Positions 14,266 to 27,119 of a stretch of 64,000 bases of DNA are shown piece by piece (position 1 is the stretch's first letter; each line of letters begins with the position of its first letter). The notes beneath the pieces were generated by a model, which saw nothing but the letters and a program-made list of their open reading frames with translations, searched no databases and was not told where the DNA came from. Made by a program: the position numbers and the translations under genes. The stretch comes from Sminthopsis crassicaudata (taxonomy: Eukaryota), in contig NC_133618.1 in the NCBI RefSeq assembly GCF_048593235.1, positions 143,991,162 through 144,055,161 of the forward strand, in the 5' to 3' direction.

Positions 14266-14699
14266 AATGGAGTAAGTTTTAGCGGACTGAAATCTCGACA
14301 TGAATCAACCTTGTTAGGGGTCAGTTAAAACGCTTTCATATAATTTAGGCTTCATTCCCGAACCCAGATTCAGAATACACAGCACCACCTACTTATCTCT
14401 AAAAAAGGCAAATGTAAAAGGCAAGCTGGGATTTATGAAGAGGAAGGCAGGTATAAGGGTGGACGCAAAACAGAGCCCTGAATATTTACGGTGGAGAAGA
14501 AGAAAAGAGGTGGAGAGGGGAAGACAGTGGAATGTGAGGGGAAAATACACTTTTTTTTTTTCAAGTATATGAAAGGCGGCTAAATGGGTTCAGAAACCTA
14601 ATTATTTTGCTTGGCCCCAGAGCCAATGAATGGAAGTTGTAAGAAGCAGATATTCATCTGATATAAAAATAAAAGCAACTTAGTCATGGACATTCCAGG

Positions 14700-15360
14700 G
14701 AGTTCCATCCACGCCGACCCCGGAGGTTCAGTTTTAAGGCACTAGCCTATTGCCCAGACCCCTCTTGAAGGACAACTAACAATGTGGTGGAAGACGCAGC
14801 TTCCTTTTCCTCAGTAATAATTCTAAATGAATTAATTAAATAATTAATTCTAAATGAAAGGCGAAGCCAGAATCGTGCTTTCTCAATCCAATTGCAGGGC
14901 TGGGGGAGGGGAGAAAAAGGGGGAAAGGAAAAGAAATGAGAAGGGAGGGAGGGCGGGGCGGACGGAGAGGGGCGGGGCGCACAGAGACACAGCAACAACA
15001 ACAAGGCGCAGCAGGGAGGAGCTTTAAAGAACCACGTGGCCCGCGAAGCCTCGCCTCCATTTCAGAATCAGTTCCGGTTCCGCTCTAGGAGCCACCCTTT
15101 AAAACGCGCGAGCGGCGTTTGAAGACGGGACTGGTTGTTTTCCTGCAACTTTGGGGAGGGGCTGAGGGCTTTGTTGCTGGCACCTTGAGGCAGTTGTCTC
15201 AAGAGCAGAAAATAATGAGTTTCCAAAAAAATGAAAAAACGAAGCGAAGCGAATTGTAGCTGGAACAGCCGGCTGTTAATCCCCGTTAGAAACAAGGGCA
15301 GAGTTCGCCCCCTCATCCCCACCTCCTTCGCTGAGGGGGACTCTGGAATATTACCTATGT
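14700..15360. promoter_or_regulatory. CpG-island promoter of an unidentified transcript
   Basis: CpG-dense in a CpG-depleted window; CCAAT 14888, GC boxes 14951-14961 and 14969-14978, E-box CACGTG 15033-15038, ETS-like TTCCGG 15072, CHR-like TTTGAA 15118-15123, MYB-type sites at 15191, 15273 and 15283. Confidence 0.8.
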
Positions 15361-15543
15361 TTTAAGACCTGATTTTTTTTTTCTTTTAAAAAAAATACTC
15401 TTTGTTCCATGGGATGGGGGGGGGGGGGGAATGATCCTGGGAGAAATCTAGGTGAGGGGAAAACAAGTATATTTTAGGGACCAGGGAAAAATAGAACCTG
15501 GAAATGAGTGCATTAGATTTAGCTATATCCCTGTTCTAGAATT

Positions 15544-15680
15544 CAGTGGTCCTCAAACTTTTTAAATAGGGGCCCAGTTCTCTGTCCCTCAGACTGTATG
15601 GGAGGGCCGGACAAAAACTCACGCTGTCTCCGCCCCCCATTTGCCATCACCCCGCGGGCGGCGCAGTTTGAGAACCCCTG
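15544..15680. mobile_element. OC1 (OposCharlie1)-derived hAT MITE, short internally deleted form
   Basis: Termini cagtggtcctcaaact ... agtttgagaacccctg, shared with the copies at 47552, 55248 and 58892; no clear TSD. Confidence 0.85.
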
Positions 15681-16119
15681 TATCTAAATGGCAAGCTCCT
15701 TTTCTCCAGTCTCAGAGTTCAGTTTTATTTGTAGAAGAGTAGATGGTGTATTTTACATTTACAAACTGGAGGGAATACCTCCAAAAGTGTCCTTGTCAAG
15801 TGGCCTTTCATACCTGCTGGCAACAAAAGGCGGGGGGGAGGTACCAATTCTTCAATTAAATCTACCTTAATTTTAACTAGAATTCCCTCGTAATGGGAAA
15901 GAAAACCACAGGTTTGCCAAGCAGGCCTTAAACATAGGAACAAGGTACATCATCCTAGAACCCAAGCTCCATCTATAATTTTTCTCTAATGTTGGAATTG
16001 AGGCCCTCAGAGTATCCCCTGAAGTCAAAATCCACCGTTTTTTCAGCCTACCAGTTAATGGAGTTAAACTTATTGATGCTTTATTCTAAGGAGGTTTTTA
16101 TAAGTAATCAGATATGAGT

Positions 16120-19100
16120 TGTGCACATGTAATCATGTAAGCCATTTTCATGTTAGTCATTTTATACAGGAAGACAAAAAGAATAATTTTTAAAAAAAGG
16201 AAATGGGAAAATAGCATGCTTTAGATTATTTAATGTAAGTTTTTTGTCTGGAGGTTTTCATCATTAGTTTTTAAGGATTTTCTTGCATCTTTGTGTTCCT
16301 GAGAGTAGCTAAGTCATTCACAGTTCTTCATTATACACTATTACTATTACTGTGTGCAACTTTCTTCTGGTTCACCTCACTTTGCATCAGTTCATTAAGC
16401 CTCTCCAGGTTTTTCTGAAATCAGCTGCTTATCTTTTCTTATAACAATAATGTTCCAGTGTTATCATAACACAGCTTGTTTAGTCCTTCCTCAGTTGATA
16501 GATATCCTTACAATTTCCTATTTGTCAACCCAAAATATACAAAAAATATAATTATTTTCATATAATTCTCTTCCCAGGATCTAGCAGTAGTACTGTGGAT
16601 CAGAGTATTCCTTTTCTTTTAACAAACAACATTCTTGGGGAAACATCTGATCTGAAATCTCTGACATTTAGAAAAGAGCACTACTTCTTACATCACTCTT
16701 CTTCCTTTGCACTAGTTTCTCATTTAGCAGAGCTTTAACCTAGACTTGTTGAATAATTGTCCTAGAGATTTTATGACTAAAGTTTTTTTTTTAATTAGAA
16801 GAAACTGAAAAGGTCATTCATTTCCATCCACCCTGAATAGGAATTTCCTTTTCCATATGGTCTTAGAATCCTAACTTAGCATTTTTATTGTTTTCTCACG
16901 GGGTGGTATTCTTTGCTGGATGATTTTCTGCAGATTTCTTATTGAATAAGTAGGAACTTCAGATACTTGCTTCATGCTTGAGATAACTGCTCAAGGATTC
17001 AGGCTGTACTGATTTAGTATTTGGTTTCCAAATTGTCCTCCTACCCATTTTAGTCAATTCTTGATCAGATCCCTGATTTCATAAATAGCATCAGATCTGA
17101 GTACAGATAAAACACAGCTCAGTTTTCTGTGTTCAGAATTCCAGCCACTATTGGCATAAAGCAAAAAAGTAAAAAGCCAGAAGGCCAGGAGAAGCAATAC
17201 CCATATTTAGGCTATCAAAATCTTCATCGCACTTTCTGGAGCAGAATGAGAAGTTTTAAGGAATATTGTTATTTGCCTTAGTTACCTTTTTAAAATTCCC
17301 TATATTTCTGAGGTAGTCTCTACAATTCATTGCCTACTAAAAGATCAAAATTTATTTCTTCATTTATTTGGAATTAGATACCTCGTGCCACTTGATGTGC
17401 AATCCTGACAAAGTTATGATTGAGTTATCGAGAGGAAAGGGGAAGAGTAATAGTCTACAGGTTTAGAGAAATAAGTTGAAATCTAGGTATTCAAGAAGCT
17501 GTGATAGATAACAAAGGAGACTGGCAGAAGGGACCAAGAAAGTTTCAGAAATTTGGAGGTGATTGTTACAGAAATTGGCCCACATTCCTCAATATCTCGA
17601 CAGATTGATCAATTATTAAGTACTTACTGTGTACCAGACATTTTACTAAGTGATAGAGAGAAAACCAAGCATAAATGAGTAGTTTATATTCCAATAGGGA
17701 GAAAGCAATACTTATAAAGGGGAGCTGGAAGTGAAGGGAAGAAGAAGCATGGTATAGAAATGGTGGCCAGAAGTGACTTGGAAGCCTGGTTCTCACCAAG
17801 ATATGGCAGAAAGATCATCTAGTAGGAACCTGGGCAGAGTCTCAGGTTCTGGTAAGGGGAAAGAACAGTAATAGCTAGAATACAGGTTGTATAGTTTGGG
17901 AAAAGAACCAGAGAGACCAGTAATGCAGAAAACAATAGAACTTTGTTAGTGTATTTAATTAAAATATAGGAATTTTAAGGTCTAAAATAAAACCTTTAAG
18001 ACTCAGTCACCAAAGGAGTTGGTCATAAAATCAGAAAAGGAAAATGATTCCATGATGATCTCAGAGGTGACCTTTGAATATGGCTCATCCAATTCTCTGG
18101 ATCCTCCTTGTCCTGTCCGAATGTGTGGAAATCTTTGTTCTTGTCATTTACATAACAGAGCAGCTCATCTCTCCATGATGGTCATTTCTATAGATACAGG
18201 GAAGGAAGTCTTGGCTGTGAGTTCAGATTATATAAATAGGAAAATAAAAGAAATATAGCATGCAATTTTCACTTCTGGCTTAAATGGGGCATACTTTTCT
18301 AATAGATTGACCCAAATTGCTGGTGGAAATAGTTTCAAAGAGAGTACAGTTTTTAAAAAATTATCTGTTTTTGCTTTTGCTTTGTTTGTGATTATGATTG
18401 CTACCTCTGCTTTTTTTTTTAAGCTTCATGCGAAGTGCATAACAAGTTCTGCTCTAGCCTCTTAACATTGAGTATCCCTCTAATTAGTGGTTTGTTTGTT
18501 TTTTCTTGTAAACCACAGTATAAGAATCTGGTTTTTAATCCATTTGATTGTCATTTACTTCCATTTTATGAGTGAAGTTATCCCATCAGTTATACTTAGT
18601 GTATTTCACTTCAACCTATTTTCCTCCTGTTTATCTTTCTCTTTCCTTTCATCTTTCCAGTGACCAGTTTTTGACATTGCCTGTGCCCTCCCTTTTGTCA
18701 GTCCCCCATTAGCCCCTTTCACCTCTAGTTTTTAATAGAGTAATATAGATTTCTTTACCCAACTTGATTGTTATTCCCTCTTGAGCCAATTTCTATGAAA
18801 GTAAAGTTCAAATTTTGGTCACTGCCCACTTATTCTCCTCCCATCTTCAATTCAACTATGATAGGTCTTTCTTGCCTATTCATGTGAGGCATTTTCTCTC
18901 TCTCTTCTTTCTCCAGTCTCTTACTCAAAATTATTGCCTCCTCAAAATCACCTTAAAGCTGCACTCTTTGCTCTTTGTCTATATTCTTAGTCTTCATGTA
19001 TATACTTCTATCTGCACTGATAATGTTACTTTTTTTTTTTTTCCCCTGAGGCAATTGGGATTAAGTGACTTGCCCAGGGTCACACAGTCAGGAACTATTA

Positions 19101-20260
19101 AGTATCTGAAACCAGATTGGAACTCAGGTTCTCCTGACTTCAGGGTTAGTGCTCTATCTACTATGCCACTGAGCTGCCCCAGTGTTACAATTCCTAAAAT
19201 TACAAATATCAGCATCTTCTGGGGATGCACACAGTTTGCATTCATTATGTTTTCTCTTTCCTTTTTATGTTTTTATGCTTTTCTTGAGCCCTGTATTTAT
19301 TTTTAAATTAAAATTTTTTGTTCACTCCCTATCTTTTCATCAGGGAAACTTGAAAGCCCTCTATTTTATTGAATTATCATACTTGCCATAATTCCCCTGA
19401 TGGCATTGTGCCCATTTTAGTCAGGTAGGTATTTCTTAGTTGTAATTCTAGTTCTTTTGCCTTCTAGAATATCATTTTAAACCTCCCAGATTTTTAATGT
19501 AGAAGCTGCTAAACTTGTAAAAAGTTGATACTGGCTTAATGATATTTGAATTGTTTCTGACTGCTTGCAGTATTTTCTCCTTGATCTGGGAGTTCTGGTA
19601 TTTATGTTTCTGTGAGTTTTCATTTTGGAATCTCTTTCGAGAAAGTCTATTTTACCCTCTGATTCTAGGATATCAGGGTAGTTTTTCCTCTAATAATTTC
19701 TTGAAATATATAGTTAAATAATTTTTAAATCATCTTTCCTGCATCTACTTTCCATTGAGATTTCACATTTTCTTTTATTTTTTTTTCATTCTTTTGATTT
19801 GTTGATTCTTGATGTCTCATGTCCATTTGTAATTTTTAAGAAATTATTTCCTTCAGTTGGCCTTTTTACTTCCTTTCATATTTGGCAAATTTCTACTTTT
19901 TGAAGTTGTTTCCTTCAGTAAATTTTTGTATATCTTTTTCATTTTTTATATTTTCACTTTTCAAGCTCTTGACTTTTTTCATAATTTTCTTGCATTGCTT
20001 ATTTCCTTTCCAAATATTTTCTCTACTTCTCTTATTTGATTTTTTAAGTTTTTTTTTCCAGAATTTATTTTTGTCTAATATTGGGAGAAAGAAACAACCT
20101 TTGATAATTATGTATGGTCAAGTAAAATACTTTTGCACATTGAGTACTTGATTCTGCATATTTAGTTCATTTTCTCTGTCTTGAGGTAGAGATTCTTCAT
20201 CAGCCCTCTGGAATACGGTTGATCATTGTGGTAATCAGAATTCTTAAGTATTATAAATAA
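16120..20260 (-). mobile_element. Old L1 fragments (3' end at about 16120-16600; ORF1/ORF2-start region at about 18330-20080), plus an L2 3' end at about 17570-17680
   Basis: Similar to minus-strand L1 sequence at 12900-13050 and 53690-54300 (ttgccttctagaatatca.., ttgattcttgatgtctc..). Confidence 0.6.
19029..19180 (-). mobile_element. WSINE1-type SINE
   Basis: poly-T then gaggcaattgggattaagtgacttgcccagggtcacacag...gctgcccc. Confidence 0.85.
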
Positions 20261-21229
20261 ATTCATTTTTAAAAGTAATGCCTAAATATAAAACATCTTT
20301 CTTCAAATGGAAAGAGATTTTATAAAATGTAATCAAATAACATATAGGTGTATGTTCTGAGCAAATCATTTAGTAATGGTACCTTGGTCTACCAATTTCT
20401 ACCAACTTGTTTTTGAATCTCCTTATATGAAGTGCCACCTTTTTACTTTTTCTTTAAATATTATTTCTTCCTCTTCAATCTAGTCTCCTTTTCAGTTCCT
20501 GGAACAATCCTCTATCTCCTGACTTCATGGATTTTCACTTTGATTGCCCCTTATCCCTGGAACTTTCTTACCTGAACACTTTTGTATATTTCCTATTCTC
20601 AATACTTTTAGTTAGGGTATAAAGTCAGTGGTGAAACTGTAGGTTAATGAATGGTAATAATTTTGTAACTGAATAATTCCAAATTGTTGACCAGAATAAT
20701 TATATTCTTGTACTTAAGAGTTGGAATTTGGCAGTACATATATGTTACTTTACTTTTGTATATTTTGTATTCAATTTCATATCATTGTTCTTTTCTTTTA
20801 CATTGTCATATTTTGTATATATGTGTGCGTTTATATATTTTTAAAAACTAGTTCTGTTTACTTGATTTTTCATCATTTTGTATTCTTTTCCTATATTTGA
20901 GGGGGTTTCTAATATTTGCCATCCCTTACGGAGCAGGAACATTCATTCCATTATGTTGATGGCTAAATTTTGTTTAGTCATTCCCCAAATGATGGTATAT
21001 ATTTTGTTTCCAGATATATGGCCTCACAATGAACACATAAACATACACAAATACATAATCTCATTATTTCAATTTGGATTACCTGTTTGGCAATGTGATA
21101 CCTAGATCAAAGAAACATAACTATTTTAATCATTTTAATAGCCTAATTACAAACCCTGAATATTTCTACCAATTCATAGCTGTATAATAAGCCTGCCTTA
21201 CCCATTAAGAATTTTTGGTGATGTGAATA

Positions 21230-21780
21230 TCTTCTCTGCTTCTGTCTTAAATTTTTTCCATAACGTCCCATCATCTTCTTATGTATTCAACATATTTCAC
21301 TTTCAGTCTTTGATCATCCAGTGAATAGTTGAATTTATTTTAGTATTGGTTGATTTGATCTCTTTGCTGCCTTACAGAAGTTTTCTCTAGTACCACAATT
21401 AGAAAGCATTGTGGTGCTCATCTTTCCTTATAGTTCAACTTTCACAGCCTTACATTACTATTGGAAAAATCATAGCTTTGACCATATGGACCATTTTTGG
21501 CAAGGTGATAGATATCTCTGCTTTTTAGTTATACTGTCCAAATTGGTTATAGCTTTCCTTCTAAAGAGCAAGCATCTTTGGATTTCATGGCTGTAGCTGC
21601 CATCTATAATGATCTTTGAGCCTGAGAATATAAAATCTGACATTGCTTCCATTTCCTCTCCCTCTTTTTGCCAGGAAGTGTTTAGATCAATTACCAAGAT
21701 GTTAGTTTGGGTTTCTCTTTTTTATTTTAAACTTCAAGACAGCTTTGATACTCTACTCTTTCACTCTCATCAAGAACTGG
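21230..21780 (-). mobile_element. RTE/BovB-type LINE RT fragment
   Basis: ORF 21470-21697 SWQ.EGEEMEAMSDFIFSGSKI..DG.YSHEI.R.LL..RKA.TNLDSI matches the BovB RT motif. Confidence 0.85.
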
Positions 21781-22967
21781 TGCAATATTTTTGGTAATTG
21801 CCTTTACAACTAACTTGTCCATTATCATCTATTTTCATATAACAATTTGATAAATTGTTTTCTACAAACACTCCCTTCTTCAGCTGATAAAGTACAAATC
21901 TATGCTGGAGCACAGCTTTCTTTTGTTTGGGTGGCTTGTTTGGTTAACAAGTCTAAAGCTCTAGCTGTCTGATTTGTTATTTCTACCACTGCTTGCAGTC
22001 TTATAAGCCTGTTCAAGAAATATATTGGGATCATCTATCCCCAATTTCCATCCTGGGCCCAAGTGGCCAGTCCATAAATTAGTTATTCTTTCAGGGAGCC
22101 ATTCACTTCCCCAACCATTAGCATCACTTGTATTGGTCAAACATTGTATCTATGCTTATGTTAACTCTCAAGATTGCCATTTACTAGTATTCCTAAAAAG
22201 TTACCCCTTTTGGCTCCTGGTAAAAAGAATTTTAAGTGAATTAATTCAATATAGCATATTCCAATTCAGTTAGTGGGGTAAGTTTATAAGCTTTCAGCCT
22301 ACAGATTCAACAATGCCTCTTAAGTCTGGCTGGTTACCTGGGAACAGCTTAGGTCTATTTGTTTTAGGAAAGTACTATTCATTCTTCCACCCTAAAGGCC
22401 CTCTACTATATAAGTAGAATTACACCTCTGTAGTTCTGTTTCTTCCTCCATTCACAATTGTAATGTATTTTTTTTGTTGTTGTTGTTCCCAGAAGATCAT
22501 CCAAAACTGAATATAGAGTTTTCATTTCCTTTCATACTTAGTTTTTCTGGTGGTCAAATTATTGGTGTTTTCATTTATGCAGTGAAATATAGTCTGCCTA
22601 ACACAAATCTGCTGACAACTTCCCATTTCCTATTTAAATTTATATGTATGGCATTCCAGTTATTATTAATTTGGCTATAATCCAATGTTCTCTTAAATTT
22701 TTTCCCTTCTGGTATAAGTCCATTCACACTTGCTCTGTCTTAAACTTTCACCATCTCCAGTTTGAGTCAGATAATAACTTCCTGGGAACTGCAATAGCTA
22801 AGAACCAGATACGTAGCTCTGCTTGGTTCCATAAGCCAGTACTATTCCTTTCTTGTGACTGGTTTCTGAGTATCCAGGTTAAATTCAAAAGTACTGGGTA
22901 CCTTGGCCATTGTTCTGAATTTTCTGGGCCACAAAGACCCAATGATTGGTTATATTGAAAGTTTTAG

Positions 22968-23635
22968 TGTTGTGGGCGTAGCCCCCTTTAAGATTCCTTG
23001 TCTGATCTACCTTTGGAACAAGATCTGGTCAAAACCACCCTTTTGTATTTCTAGGGGAAAAGATCTGTATCTGAGCCAGTTTGGGCTTGTACCCAGCCCC
23101 CCCACCGGATCTGAGCTGGCTTGGATAACCCAACCCCCAACTATCTGAAAAGCCCACCAAAAATCTGGCCTTCCAGGAATTAACCTGAGCTCCGCCCATA
23201 TGGCTTCTTCAAGCAGATAAAAACAGCAAAGCTAGAATCATCTTTGGTCAGAGATTTGAAACATGCCAGCCAAGATGCTGGCATCAGAGATTCTCTGTCT
23301 CCCCTCCCCCCCCCCCCCCCAGCTGCTTTCGGCATTTATCTTCCTCTATTTAATGCCTTTTACTAACCAGACCTTAACCTTGCTTTCAAACCTGGCAATA
23401 AACATCTTTTTACCCATCTAGGTTTTCGGCCTGTAAATTCATTTACAGGGGACTCTCGCTGCCACTAGACCTGATTTAACTTTGTATCCTTGCACCAAAT
23501 CCTAGGGGGTTGCAAGGGAGCTCCATGTGACTCCCTGTACCCCAGTCCTGCCATTAGACCTCAATTAATCCTATTGAGGTATATACCTCATTATTAGGTA
23601 TTTACCTCATCATTTGGTTCATATTTACTTCATCA
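22968..23635 (+). mobile_element. Solo LTR inserted in the ERV env region
   Basis: TG...CA; AATAAA 23397-23402; 4-bp TSD ttag/ttaa (one mismatch). Confidence 0.85.
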
Positions 23636-26273
23636 TTAACAGTAAGTCCCTCAAACTGTTCAAACTGGTTGGTTAATGGAAAGAAAGGTAGAAATGGAGT
23701 AGAGGTTATGATTCTAATTTAGAAAATACTGGTCAAAGCATAGCAAATTTTCAAAGCAAGTAATTCAAAGTAAAGTCCCATTGTCATACTCTGCTTCCTG
23801 CCTACCTATTTATTGTCTGCATCTAAAATAATTGAAAACATCTGGAAGGAAACTTTATTCCTCAGAATGACCAATATTATAAGCATTAATCCAGTTACTA
23901 GGAAAACTATCATACATACAATATCACCTTTGTTCTTTAATTCAACTATGCCAAAGTATAAACTTCATAGGATCTTGGTGTTCACATACAATCCATTCTT
24001 GGGGTTTCTCCATTGGCCCCATGAATGGCCCCAACCTTTTGCCACAATCGTCACTGCAATTTTGGTTGTTATGAGCACTTGAAAAGTGCTACCAATCACA
24101 TTGAAGTTTAATGTCCTTCCAGGTTGCATTCTTCAGGGTGAAACTGGGGGACTGCAAATTCCAAGGTATTTGTGCCTAGAATCCATACCTTCTGAAGTTT
24201 TCAGGAAAGGATGTCAGAATATAATATCTCAAAAATTTATCTTTAGTTTCAAAAGTGGGGAAACCATGACTTCCTTCCAAGTAAAGTAGTCCAAACAACA
24301 TTGCATATGAAAAAAGTCCCATGTCTTTTCTAGGGACAGTCCTGAACCTTAACAAGGCAATAGGTAAACATTTGATCCAAGGTATTTTAGTTTCGTTTTG
24401 TAACTTTTTTTCAGAGTTGGGTTCATACTGTCCACCTTCCCCAATGAGAGTGGATGCCAAGGAGTATGAAATTGACATTTTACTTGTAATCCTTCCAAAG
24501 TTTTCTATAATACCTTACATGTGATGTCTTCCCTTTTTTGAATCTGTGTTCTTTATTTACCCATATCTGAGTACAATTTGTTTCCAAGTTCTATTCAATC
24601 ACCCTTGGAAGTGGCTGAGCTGAAGGGTTATGTTGTTAGATACACTATTTCCAATAAATATCTCACCTGTCCCATTTGTATCATTTTGATGAAGTCTACT
24701 TTGCACATTATGGAAAGATCTGAACCCTAGTTCCTTTCTTCTTGAGGATTGCTTTTTTAATACCTTTTTGTTGATTCTTTGGCAAGTTACACATCTTTCC
24801 ATGTTTGACTACTATGTATAGTCCTCCACATTTGAATTTCTTTAGAAAAAGACCATACAAAGCTTGTTACCCCTCAGTGAATTCCCAGTTCTCTTGTTAT
24901 AGTATTACTTTGCATCTTTTTAATCATCTGATAGAAAACAAAATCCATACTCATATTTGACAGCTCCTAGACTTTTGAATTTTCCCCCTTCCTCCTTTGA
25001 GAACACAGGAGGTACCTGTACTTTGGTTATAGATGGAAAAACATTCTGTTTGGATTTCCTTTACTTCGTGCAGCTTCCTTGATGGCTTTATCAGCTAATC
25101 TGTTCCCTATTATTTTAGGAATATTTCCCTTCTGATGCCCTCTTAACATGTGCCAATTTCTTCAAAGAATAATAAGACTATCTAACAATAGTTTAATCAA
25201 CTCCCCATGTACTGCTACTTTTCTTTTATTACTGATTAATTCCCTTTCATCCCAAATCTTCTCAAAAATATGTACCATTCCATAAGTATTTAGAATCTGT
25301 ATAGATGTTTTCTTCTATTTAATACTTTCAGAGTTTGGTTTAAAGCAAATAATTCACAATTTTGGGCAGATCAATTTTTAGATAGTCTGATTCAATCACT
25401 TTTTGGCTTTTCACAATTGGCTTTTCACCCATTATATCTTTTTCCCTCAACCACTCAGAATTCTATCAGGATTAATCCTCCTTTCATCTTCACTGATTAA
25501 GTGCCCCAGATATCTAACCACTGATTCCACAAATTGCAATTTCTTCTTAGATACATATAGCCCTTTTGTCCCTCAAAAGTTTAGTAGTTTTATAGTGGCC
25601 TGGGTAAGTTCTTATTTCTTTTCCCCTGATATTAGATGATCAACAAAGTGATATTTATGGGACTCTTGAGGTAATACAATTCATCTATGGTTGTTTTTTC
25701 CCAGTGCCTGGATGCTCCAGGGTAAAGGCAAAGAAGTCTTTGCTTCTGAAGTCTGAGGGAATCCCAGAATGCGTCCTTTAGGTCCACTACATGAAATACT
25801 TCTGTACAAAAGTATTTTACTAAGAAGAGTATAAGGATTTGGGTACTTATTTGCTGTTCTCAGATCCCACACTAATCTATATATTTCTTCTGACTGTTTA
25901 ACTGGTAGGCCAGGTGTGTTAATGGGGACATGCAAGATTTTGGTAGCCCGTTCTCTGGCAAAGTATGTGTCACAACTTGTCCCTCTTTTCCTTAAAGGAA
26001 TAGGATACTGTCTTAGTCATACCACATTCCCTGCTACCCTCATATCAGTTTTCAGGGGTGTTATGTTTAGTCCCCTTCTGTTACCTTTTTCAGCCCATAC
26101 CTGCAGATTTTTTGCCTGGTTGTAGTATTCTAGTAAAGGGCACATTTTGACTATTACTTGTCAATTGAATACTTTTAATTCCAATTCTAATTTTATTATT
26201 AAATGTTTCCCTTAGTAAGTTGCTTCCCATCTCTGGGACATGTAGAAACTACATGCTGATTTTCCGTTCCTTC

Positions 26274-26310
<37 letters not shown>

Positions 26311-26578
26311 AACAACAAAAAACAGTGTAGTGTGAATAAGGAGTACACAGAAATCCTTTCTTTTTACTTCTATAGCCTTTAATGTTTCTCATTCAAGTTT
26401 GAGGCCCCCCTCCCCGGAGTATGGTACAGAGATAAGATCTCTCATGATCTACTAGGAAAGTTAGTTCTTCCTGTTTTTCCCCAGTCTTTATTTAAATTTA
26501 TTAAGGGCTCCTGATTCTAGAGAAGAAAAACCCCAGACACATCTGTCTTATTTGTCAAAGGTTAAGGAAGGATCCTTT

Positions 26579-27119
26579 TGATGAGTATTAAATGATGAGT
26601 AGTAAATTGAGGAGTAAATTGTGATTTAAACAGAGATGGATCAGTTCTTTTTCTCTCTCTCCTTCCTTCCCCAAAGTAACCAATGGCGGGTTCGTTAGCG
26701 AATGAATTTCGCTACTCAAGGCTGTGTAGAAACAAAGTCTTTATTGATTAGAATAGAAACACCGGAGAGCCGGTGGGCAAAATGGCTGCATGGTACAAGG
26801 CCATTTGCAAAGAGAAGATTCCCGTTCTCTCTTTTATGCAGTGATGTAGGGAGGTTCCTGAGAGTGATGTAAATTAAGATAAGGACTCTCTTGTTATCTT
26901 TTGAGTAGAGACAGAAGTCTCTTCCCAAAAAGGAATTTCCTGATGCCATTTGGTCTATCTGAGCAGATTTAGAATGGGGGCTGTAAAACCCCAGCCAGCT
27001 CAGATAGCCCAAACTAGTTTGACCACATCTTGTATCAAAGGTCCAAGTCCCAAAAGAAGTTGGAGATCAAGAAGTTGGAGATCAAACAAAGAATACCAAA
27101 GGGGCTACCACCCTCAACA
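26579..27119 (-). mobile_element. Solo LTR related to 22968-23635, inserted in the gag NC region
   Basis: Minus strand starts tgttgagggtggtagcccc (compare tgttgtgggcgtagcccc) and ends ctcatca; AATAAA at 26740-26745; TSD cttt at 26575-26578 and 27120-27123. Confidence 0.85.

Noticed and set aside
18019-18258. ORF with VTFE..LDP, faintly like KRAB-A
   Set aside because: The diagnostic DV.V.F..EEW and VMLENY motifs are absent, and there are no zinc-finger exons in the window.
26276-26322. Long poly(A) in the ERV protease region
   Set aside because: No upstream element body or TSD seen; most likely a homopolymer expansion.
26684-27027. Apparent second LTR nested inside the 26579-27119 LTR
   Set aside because: No TSD, and the layout is colinear with the 22968 LTR, so a single LTR is the simpler reading.
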